NCBI RefSeq assembly: GCF_028368995.1
Contig: NZ_JAQNDL010000001.1
Span: 3,296,001 to 3,360,000 of the forward strand
Direction of reading: 5' to 3'
Origin: Nannocystis bainbridge
Lineage (GTDB): Bacteria; Myxococcota_A; Polyangia; Nannocystales; Nannocystaceae
Length of the DNA: 64,000 nucleotides
Shown: piece by piece, positions 56,652-64,000 of the stretch
How positions within the stretch are numbered: the stretch's first letter is position 1
Layout of the letters: every line of letters starts with the position of its first letter
Position numbers and translations under genes: made by a program
The notes under the pieces: generated by a model
Seen by the model: the letters and a program-made list of their open reading frames with translations, nothing else
Database searches by the model: none
Told to the model about the DNA's origin: nothing

Positions 56652-58769
56652 TCAGCCGCGATTTCTTCCCTTACCGTGCTCATCCGCATGATGCTCATGC
56701 GAATGATGCTCGTGCGAATGACGTTCATCCGCATGATGCTCGTGCGAATGATGCTCATCCGCATGATGCTCATCCGCATGATGCTCGTGCGAGTGATGCT
56801 CATCCGCATGATGCTCGTGCGAATGCCCATGCCCGTGCAAGTCCTCGTGCCCGTGCCCGTGCGCATGCCCGTGCCCGTGCCCGTGCCCATGCGTGTGCCC
56901 GTGCTCGTGTGAATGCTCGTGTGAATGCTCGTGCTCATGCGCTCGCGAGTGCACATGCGCATCGTCGTACGAATGTGAGTGCACATGCGAATGATCATGC
57001 CCATGCCCATGATCATGCCCATGATCATGCCCATGATCATGCGAATGCCCCTCGCGCTCCCACAACCTCGCGAAGAACGCCTGCGGCCCCTGGCGCACGA
57101 ACGACAACAAGAACAGCCCGCCGAGCGCCCACGCGGCCACCTCTGCCAGCGGCCCGTGCCCGGCATCCGGCTGCACCCCCGCCACTCCGCGCAGGTCCGG
57201 CAGCGTCAGGTCGACCAGCATCCCCAGCCCGGCCGCCAGCACCAGCATCGCCGCTGCGAAGCGGGCTGCCGTCGCGCGCCCGTGCTCCTGCGCCAGCACC
57301 CCGAACGTCGTCGCGTTCGTCGCCGGTCCCGTCAGCAAGAACGCCAGCGCGGCCCCTGGCGACAGCCCCTTCGCCAGCAGCGCCGCCACCAGCGGCGTCG
57401 CTCCCGACGCGCACACATAGATCGGCACCCCCAGCGCCGCGAACAGCAGCACCTGCAGCGGCCCCGGGATCGCCGTCAACGCCGACGGATCGATCCACGG
57501 CTCGATCAGCGCCGCCACCAGCAGTCCCAGCCCGATCCACGGCGCCGTCGTGTCCACCAGCTCGCCGAACCCCGTGCGCAGCCCTTGCAGCAGCCGCACC
57601 ATCGCCGGCCCGCGCGGCCCCGCCTCCGCCTCGACGCTCCCGCCGAGCCGCCGCGCCTGCCCGCCGACCCACCAGCCGACCAGCCACGCCACCAGCGCCG
57701 CCGCCAGCACCCGCAGCACCGTCATCTCGGCCCCGAGCAGCGGCCACGACAGCAAGATCGCGTCGACCCCCAGCTCCGGCGTGGCGATGAAGAACGCCAT
57801 CGCCGCCGCCGCCGGCACCCCGCGCTGCAGCAGGCTGCGGTACACCGGCACCACCCCGCACGAGCACAGCGGCAGCGGCAGCCCGACCACCATCCCGCGC
57901 AGCGCTTGCCCGGCCGGCCCTCCGCGTCGCAGCCACCGCACCGGCGCCTCCGGCATCAGCCCCGACACCAGCCCCGCCAGCGCGTACGCCAGCAGCAGCG
58001 CCGGCGCGCTCTCTCGCACCAGCCCGCCCAGCGACGCCAGCGTGCGCGCCAGCGGGTCCGCCTCGCCGTGCGTCTCGGCGGCCAGCGCCACCAGCACCCC
58101 CAGCCCCATCAGCCCGCCGACCACCGCGCCGATGCGGGCCCCGCGGCTACCTGTCTCCTGGGACCTGTGCCCCACGACATGCAACAACAGCCCGCCGACC
58201 ACCGCGTGGAACAGCCCCAGCCAGCTGGCGTCGAGCGCCGCGAACGACGCGTCGGCGAACACATAACCGGCCACCGTCGCCGCCCCCAGCAGCAGCAGCG
58301 ACCCCGCCGCCACCACGAACCCGCTCGGCGACAGCAGCCACCACACCCCGACCGCCACCGGCAGCTGATGGGCGATCACCGCCACCTCGAGCCCGTGCGA
58401 ATCGCCCTCCTCGAAGTGCGCCAGCGCCAGCGCCAGCCCGTCGGTGAACGCGTGCAGCGCCATGCCGGCGATCGCCAGCAGCAGCGCCGCGCGGTGCGTC
58501 CCGCGGGCCGCCAGCCGCAGCGGCCCCTCGGCGATCGCCGGCCCTGCCAGCCCGGCCAGCAGCGCCAGGAACGCCGGCCAGCCCGCCATCGCCAGCGCGC
58601 GCGGCACGATCTCGAGCGCCACCAGCCCGCTGACCGCCACCAGCACGAAGCTGTCGAGCGCCGCCATCGTCCCCCGCTCGCGCCGGGCCGCCGCGTGCAG
58701 CACCGGGCCGAGCACCAGCGCCGCCACGCTGATCGCCAGGGTCCAGGTGCCGTGGGAGTCGCCGCTCAT
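56652..58769 (-). CDS. Metal efflux permease (DUF318/ArsP-type, SO_0444-like) with ZIP-like N-terminus and His-rich tail
   Basis: 'HAFTDG...AHQLP' ZIP-like motifs; 'LPLCSCGVVP', 'ATPELGVD', 'YVCASGATP', 'GPATN'; C-terminal tail of >100 aa rich in His. Confidence 0.85.
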   Translation of the reverse strand: MSGDSHGTWTLAISVAALVLGPVLHAAARRERGTMAALDSFVLVAVSGLVALEIVPRALAMAGWPAFLALLAGLAGPAIAEGPLRLAARGTHRAALLLAIAGMALHAFTDGLALALAHFEEGDSHGLEVAVIAHQLPVAVGVWWLLSPSGFVVAAGSLLLLGAATVAGYVFADASFAALDASWLGLFHAVVGGLLLHVVGHRSQETGSRGARIGAVVGGLMGLGVLVALAAETHGEADPLARTLASLGGLVRESAPALLLAYALAGLVSGLMPEAPVRWLRRGGPAGQALRGMVVGLPLPLCSCGVVPVYRSLLQRGVPAAAAMAFFIATPELGVDAILLSWPLLGAEMTVLRVLAAALVAWLVGWWVGGQARRLGGSVEAEAGPRGPAMVRLLQGLRTGFGELVDTTAPWIGLGLLVAALIEPWIDPSALTAIPGPLQVLLFAALGVPIYVCASGATPLVAALLAKGLSPGAALAFLLTGPATNATTFGVLAQEHGRATAARFAAAMLVLAAGLGMLVDLTLPDLRGVAGVQPDAGHGPLAEVAAWALGGLFLLSFVRQGPQAFFARLWEREGHSHDHGHDHGHDHGHGHDHSHVHSHSYDDAHVHSRAHEHEHSHEHSHEHGHTHGHGHGHGHAHGHGHEDLHGHGHSHEHHADEHHSHEHHADEHHADEHHSHEHHADERHSHEHHSHEHHADEHGKGRNRG

Positions 58770-59520
58770 CGCGGGCGGGACCATAGCCTGAAATCACCGC
58801 GCGGCGGCACCGGACCGGACGCCGTTTTCAGCCCTCCCCTGGCCCCCTCCGGGCGAGTCGACCGACCCGGCGGACGGCCTGCACCCGCGTCACCCGGCCG
58901 CACGCCCTGCCCGTCCGCGTCGCTGCCGCCGCCCCGCCATCGCAGTCACTCGCCACAGTTCCTCCGCTGCCCGCCTGCGACGCACCTTCGCAGGTGCCTC
59001 GGCTACCGCATCCACCCACGCCCACCACCCGCTGCGACGCCCCCTCGCAGCATCGACAAGCCCCGCTGCAGCCGTCCCCCGGTCGTGCCGACCGACGCCG
59101 CACTCGCAGACACACATCTCCACGGCATCGACCTGCGCCGCCGTCCACTCGCCCTCACCACCGCGGCTCCCCGCAGATCCGCCCTCGCATCACGCCTCCC
59201 TCCCTCTCGACCGCAATCTCGGCCACCACGCCGCGCCCCGGGAATCCTCGTCCCTTCGACCTCGCGCGGTCGGGGTCCGTCCTCGCCGCGCTCGGGGCCT
59301 CACCGTGGCTGCCGCCGTTCACCGGCCATGGCCCTGCCAATGCGACAACCTGTCTAAAAAGACATGACCCAAGCGCCATGTCCCTTCGCACCCGAACCTG
59401 CCGACCGCGCCACACGCGCAATTCGACCTCGTGGAGCCTTCCGCCTTTGCCGTTCGCGGCGGCCCGGACGAGCGACGCTGCGCGTTGACGGCTCGTGGCG
59501 GCGCCCGCCATTCTCCGGCC

Positions 59521-60939
59521 ATGGCCTTTTGGACACGGTATCTCCTCGCGCTGTCGACCCTGGCGGCGTGCGGCGGCGGCGACGGCGACGACACGGGCGC
59601 GACCAGCACCACCCTCGCCTCGACCATGACGATGGCCTCCGCGGCCACCATGAGCGCCGCCACCACCGAAGGGGAAGACGGCACTGCCAGCACCACGGGC
59701 GGCCCGGCCACCACCCTCGAGCCGACCACCGCCACCTCCGTCACCGGCAGCACCACCGCGGTGATGTGCGCCGACGGCGAGGAGGGCTGTCCTTGCCTCC
59801 CGCTCGCCACCTGCTTCCCCGGGCTTCAGTGCATCGACAACTTCTGCTTCGGCCCCGAGGCCACCACCGACGGTCCGCCGATCATCTGCGGCGACGGTGA
59901 AGCCGGCCCCGGCGAGGTCTGCTTCAAGCCCTTCGCCCCGCTCGGCATGGGCTCGGGACCTGTCTCCGTCGTCGTCGCCGACTTCAACGCCGACGGCAAC
60001 GACGACATCGCCTGCGCCAACAACATGACCAATAACGTGACCGTGAGGACCGGCAAGGGCGACGGCGCCTTCAATGCCCTCAACGCTCTCGGCGTCGGCA
60101 TGGGCCCGTACGCCGCCGCCGCGCCCGACCTCAACGCCGACGGCGCGCCCGACCTCGTCACCGCCAACATCACCAGCAACGACCTCTCCGTGTTCCTCAA
60201 CGGCGGCGGCACCCTGGCCCCGCAGGCGGCCGTCCCTGTCGGCGCCCAGGCCCGCCACGTCGTCGCTGCCAGGCTCAACGGCGACGAATTCGACGACCTC
60301 GTGGTCGCCAACTACATGGACAACACCCTCACCGTGCTGCTCGGCGACGGCGTCGGCTTCCCCGCGCCTGCCGGCATCGCCGTCGGCGCCGGTCCGACCT
60401 GGGTCGCGGTCGGCGACATGAACGGCGACGGCACCCAGGACCTCGTCAGCGCCGACTACGGCGCCAGCACCCTCAGCGTCGCGCTCGGCAACGGCCTCGG
60501 CAACTTCGGCCCGCCGACCGCCTCGCCCGCCGGCGGCCAGATCTACGCAGTCGGCGTCGCCGACCTCGACGGCGACGGCGACACCGACGCCGTCGTCACC
60601 GTCCCTGCTGCCGGCCAGGTGTTCGTGCTTCAGGGCAACGGCCTCGGCGGCTTCGGCGGCGCGATCCCCTACCCCTGCGGCGTCGACCCCATCGGCATCC
60701 TCCTCCTCGACGTCTCCAACGACGGCGACACCGACATCGTCGTCGCCAACCGCGGCGGCAACACCGTCAGCGTCCTGCGCGGCAACGGTAAGGGCGGCTT
60801 CGGGGCCCCCGAATCGTTCCCCGTCGGCATCGCCCCGTATGTGGTCGCCGCCGGCGATTTTAATAAAGATGGCGCGATCGACCTCGTCACCGCCAACAAC
60901 GGCGACAGCACCGTCAGCGTCCTCGTCGCCAACCCCTGA
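59521..60939 (+). CDS. FG-GAP/VCBS repeat lipoprotein
   Basis: Lipobox 'LAAC', Thr-rich linker, seven 'D.NGDG..DLV.AN' repeats. Confidence 0.9.
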   Translation: MAFWTRYLLALSTLAACGGGDGDDTGATSTTLASTMTMASAATMSAATTEGEDGTASTTGGPATTLEPTTATSVTGSTTAVMCADGEEGCPCLPLATCFPGLQCIDNFCFGPEATTDGPPIICGDGEAGPGEVCFKPFAPLGMGSGPVSVVVADFNADGNDDIACANNMTNNVTVRTGKGDGAFNALNALGVGMGPYAAAAPDLNADGAPDLVTANITSNDLSVFLNGGGTLAPQAAVPVGAQARHVVAARLNGDEFDDLVVANYMDNTLTVLLGDGVGFPAPAGIAVGAGPTWVAVGDMNGDGTQDLVSADYGASTLSVALGNGLGNFGPPTASPAGGQIYAVGVADLDGDGDTDAVVTVPAAGQVFVLQGNGLGGFGGAIPYPCGVDPIGILLLDVSNDGDTDIVVANRGGNTVSVLRGNGKGGFGAPESFPVGIAPYVVAAGDFNKDGAIDLVTANNGDSTVSVLVANP

Positions 60940-60970
60940 CGACCGCAGCGACCCGGGCTGCCCGACCGGA

Positions 60971-61030
60971 TGTCCCTTCGTACATGACTCAAGGGACATG
61001 CTCATCAAAGCATGCCCCTTGAAACATGTC
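60971..61030. repeat. Degenerate tandem TGTC-N6-GACA array
   Basis: TGTCccttcgTACA TGACtcaaggGACA TGCTcatcaaAGCA TGCCccttgaAACA TGTC. Confidence 0.75.
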
Positions 61031-61073
61031 CTTCGCGCCACCTGCCGTCACGACGGGCGGCCCGGGCCGGCGC

Positions 61074-61598
61074 TCAGCTACCGGCCTTGCCGTTGGCGCG
61101 CAGCCACTGGTTCGTGTACTCGGCCGCCTTTTGATACGACTCGCGCATCGTCTTCTCGAGGAACTTCTCGACCATCCCGCCGACGCCGAACATCTTGACC
61201 TCGATCTCGAACTCGGCGACGCGGTCCGACTGACCGGGCCCCGTGCGCTCGAGCCACATCTCGGCCTTGATCGTCGTCTTGTCGGCCAGCTTCGACGGCA
61301 GCACCCTGGCGAACCACTTCGGCGTGTTCGGCCCGCTGACCTCGAGGCGGCCCTCCTCGACGTACGACACCGAGTCGCCGAGCACCTTGCGGATCGCCGC
61401 CGGCGCGTCGATCTTCGGCGTCACCCGCACCTTCCGCGTCTTGCGGCCGTCCGGCGGGCTCGTCTCCTCGACGACGTCGAACGCCTCGAACTCGAGGCCC
61501 TTCTTGTACAACTTCTCGTTGTAATCGTGGTCGAAGAACACCTCGCGCCAGAACGGCTCCGGCTCGATCGCGTACGGGTGCCTGATCGTGAACTTCAT
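61074..61598 (-). CDS. DUF2505/START-like domain protein
   Basis: 'MKFTIRH...FFD..YN..LY', 'IEVKMFGVGGMVEKF'; strong coding bias. Confidence 0.75.
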   Translation of the reverse strand: MKFTIRHPYAIEPEPFWREVFFDHDYNEKLYKKGLEFEAFDVVEETSPPDGRKTRKVRVTPKIDAPAAIRKVLGDSVSYVEEGRLEVSGPNTPKWFARVLPSKLADKTTIKAEMWLERTGPGQSDRVAEFEIEVKMFGVGGMVEKFLEKTMRESYQKAAEYTNQWLRANGKAGS

Positions 61599-61718
61599 CG
61601 CCCGCGGTTTTTTCACGCGCCCGCCCCCGCGTCAACCGCCGGGCCCCCGCGCGTGCCCGGGCCTCCACGCGCCCGCGGACGCCGTCCGCAGCGGAGTCCG
61701 CGGACCTGGTGTCGCGCA

Positions 61719-61870
61719 ACCCGCGCGACACCACCCCGCGTCGACGAATTCGTGCGTGCTGCCCGAGTCATCGCCCTCACGCGCGCCGACTCGGCGACCC
61801 GCGCGACACCACCCCGCGTCGACGAATTCGTGCGCCCCGAGCCACCGCCATGACGCTCGCGACTCGAGCG
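61719..61870. repeat. Tandem ~78-bp duplication with a 38-bp exact core
   Basis: ACCCGCGCGACACCACCCCGCGTCGACGAATTCGTGCG at 61719 and 61797; the sequences that follow each copy are also similar. Confidence 0.8.
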
Positions 61871-62338
61871 GCCGACCGCGCCGCTGCATCGTGCTCCGCG
61901 AATGGCCTCCCAACTCGCGATCTCGCTTCGACCCACGGCCGGCTTGAGTCGAGGGCTGGCGCAGGTCGAGGGGCCAGCGGACGAGCAGCTCTCGTCACGG
62001 TGGCCACGCCTCTCGGAGCGATCGCGTCCGCATCATGTCGCATGAGACATGCCGTCAGCGACGGTCGGCGGATTCGCGAAGGACCTGCCACGAATGCATC
62101 TCCCGCGCTCCCTGCGTATCGTCAGCTCGCCGCAGACCGGCTCGCCATCCCCCGCGATGTGATACCCCATTGAGCTGAAGGCAGCACCAACATGCAGGAT
62201 GTCTCGCAGCTGATCGCCGACGCGTCCGCCCGCGACCTCGCGCCCGAGCGGTCGATCGAGCTCGCGCACACGCCTCTCCCGCCGGTGGCCGCGGCCCTCG
62301 CCGCGTCCGAGCGCCGCCACCCGCGGCTCTACCGGTGA

Positions 62339-62407
62339 GGCCTCCCCGTGTCCGGCTTTGCTGCCCTGCTTCTTGACCCCGCAGCCGCGCCCCGTCTCGT
62401 CCTTCAG
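62339..62407. repeat. Direct repeat of 63844-63911 (fragment of the FGE-domain gene)
   Basis: Near-identical; one extra T and one substitution. Confidence 0.9.
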
Positions 62408-63351
62408 ACTCGCCGCGTGCGACCGCTCTGCATGGCGAACGCGATCCCTGTCTGCAGGGTCCCGCGCGTGACGAGCTCGTCGAGGTTGAAGCCGCCCGAG
62501 ACCAGGCCCTGCGCGATCGCGGGCCGGATGCCCGTCAGCACCACCTGCGCGCCCAGCAGCCGCACCGCCTGCGCGGCCTGGACGAGCCCCTGGGTGCCCT
62601 CGGCGTCGATCTCCGGGACCCCCGTGATGTCGAGGATGGCGGTCGTCACTCGCAGCCGCTGCACCTCGTCGAGGAGCACGCTCAGCGCCTGCTGCATGCG
62701 CGTCTGGTCGAGCTGGCCGACGAACGGCATGACGATGATCTCGTCGCTGATCGGGATCACCGGCGCGGACAACCTCGCCAGCAGCTCGCGCTGCGCCTGG
62801 ATCGTCTCCTCCTTGCTCAGGCGCAGCGCCTCCTCCGCCCGCTTGCGGTCCGTGATGTCGACGAGCGACACGAAGCACCGCTCCCACGTCTGCTCGCAGT
62901 CCGCGCCGACGACGACGCGGAACATGATGTTCCTGTCCTCGCCGAGGAGCGTGGAGATGACCGTCTCTTCCTCGTACGACATCGCCCCGCTCCCGAGCGC
63001 GACCAGCTCGCGCCGGAACGTGTCGAGCGATTTCTCGTTGAACACGACGGACAGCGCCCGCAGCAGTTGATCCTTGTCCGGAGCCTGGCACAGCTCGAGC
63101 GTGGCCCGGTTGACATCGAGGATCCGCACTACCTCCAGGCACGCCAAGACGTCGTCGACGTGGTGCCGGAGGTGCGCGTCGAGATCGACGCCAGTGGCGA
63201 GCAGCCGGTCGAGGTGCTGCTTGACCGCGGACCAGTCCTCCTCCCAGAGCGAGATCGGTGAGCTCTCGAAGATGTTGCGGTAACGAGCCTCGCTGCGCTC
63301 GAGCTCCGTCACGCGCTGACGCAGCTGGGTGAGCTCATGGTCCGTATTCAT
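62404..63351 (-). CDS. PAS + STAS domain protein (RsbR-like)
   Basis: 'YRNIFESSPISLWEED' PAS; 'LSAPVIPI..MPFVGQLD..R', 'ILDITGVPEID', 'LTGIRPAIAQ'. Confidence 0.9.
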   Translation of the reverse strand: MNTDHELTQLRQRVTELERSEARYRNIFESSPISLWEEDWSAVKQHLDRLLATGVDLDAHLRHHVDDVLACLEVVRILDVNRATLELCQAPDKDQLLRALSVVFNEKSLDTFRRELVALGSGAMSYEEETVISTLLGEDRNIMFRVVVGADCEQTWERCFVSLVDITDRKRAEEALRLSKEETIQAQRELLARLSAPVIPISDEIIVMPFVGQLDQTRMQQALSVLLDEVQRLRVTTAILDITGVPEIDAEGTQGLVQAAQAVRLLGAQVVLTGIRPAIAQGLVSGGFNLDELVTRGTLQTGIAFAMQSGRTRRV

Positions 63352-63491
63352 CGATGTCTCCCGCAGCCCGACGCGCAGGCGCTCGCGGCGAGGATGCCAT
63401 GACGGCGCCCGCGAAGGCGAGCGTCAGCATCGACGACTCGCGTCCGCGGCGGGACGCGCGGCGCGCCACCTACATCACGGGCGCGCCGGCC

Positions 63492-63998
63492 TCAGGGCTT
63501 CGCCGCGCGCTGCAGCGCCGCCGCCTCGTCTGCCCGCGCCGCGCAGCGAAACCCGAAGTGATGGAACGGCTGGTTGCTCGGGAAGTGCGGCCGGCGCCAC
63601 ACCCCGGTCGCGTACGACGCGTCCCAGTACCACGACCCGCCGCGGACGATCTTGCGCAGCTTGCCCGGGCACTCGCGGGCGACCTCGCCGTCCTTCGCGC
63701 ACGGCCCGAGTGGGTCGACCCCCTCGCACTCGGCCCCGCACTCCGCGTAGCTGCGGGTGAACCAGTCGGCCACCCACTCCCACGAATTTCCGGACATGTC
63801 GTAAAGGCCATATCGGCCCGGCGGGCGCGACCCGATCTCCCACGGCCTCCCCGTGTCCGGCTTGCTGCCCTGCTTCTTGACCCCGCAGCCGCGCCCGGTC
63901 TCGTCCTTCAGGATCGCCCGCTCGCAGGTCGCCGGCTCGTCGCCCCACGGGTGCAGCGCCCCGTCGGGCCCGCGCGCCCCCTTCTCCCACTGCGCCTC
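63492..63998 (-). CDS. FGE-sulfatase (SUMF1) domain protein, 3' part (5' end lies outside the window)
   Basis: 'EAQWEK', 'GLYDMSGNSWEWVADW', 'VRGGSW', 'GFRCA'. Confidence 0.9.
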   Translation of the reverse strand, partial: EAQWEKGARGPDGALHPWGDEPATCERAILKDETGRGCGVKKQGSKPDTGRPWEIGSRPPGRYGLYDMSGNSWEWVADWFTRSYAECGAECEGVDPLGPCAKDGEVARECPGKLRKIVRGGSWYWDASYATGVWRRPHFPSNQPFHHFGFRCAARADEAAALQRAAKP

Positions 63999-64000
63999 GC

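Noticed and set aside
58800-59350. C-rich intergenic stretch as a gene or ncRNA
   Set aside because: No convincing ORF, repeat unit or recognisable RNA motif.
61719-61834. Repeat-spacer-repeat mini-CRISPR
   Set aside because: The apparent spacer is itself imperfectly repeated after the second copy, so it is a tandem duplication.

Overview
Very GC-rich chromosomal window whose gene content (Hanks-type kinases, Thr/Cys-rich lipoproteins, PAS-STAS proteins) points to a myxobacterium, possibly Nannocystis-like (inference). Housekeeping genes (rnpB, xth, bamD, truD, exbB/exbD/tonB, a TolC-family gene, pgeF, an RluA/RluD-family gene, eno, prkA/yeaH/spoVR) are interleaved with small accessory blocks. 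Main observations: (1) a translationally coupled pair of membrane class III adenylyl cyclase genes (42758-45189), each lacking a complementary half of the catalytic residues, predicting an obligate heterodimer like mammalian C1/C2; (2) a third, intact cyclase gene inside a degenerate orphan type I-E-like CRISPR array (repeats at 37703-37881 and 39280-39765); (3) a palindrome TGTC-N6-GACA repeated dozens of times, forming 14-bp-period tandem arrays at the borders of accessory gene blocks and also occurring inside coding frames; (4) a candidate bacteriocin precursor plus immunity-like membrane protein (40212-41554); (5) an RluD-like gene whose S4 domain continues in frame from an upstream TAG with no standard start codon; (6) a 69-bp copy of coding sequence that brackets a PAS-STAS gene. 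No cas, transposase or integrase gene was recognised. All calls come from reading motifs by eye, without database searches.
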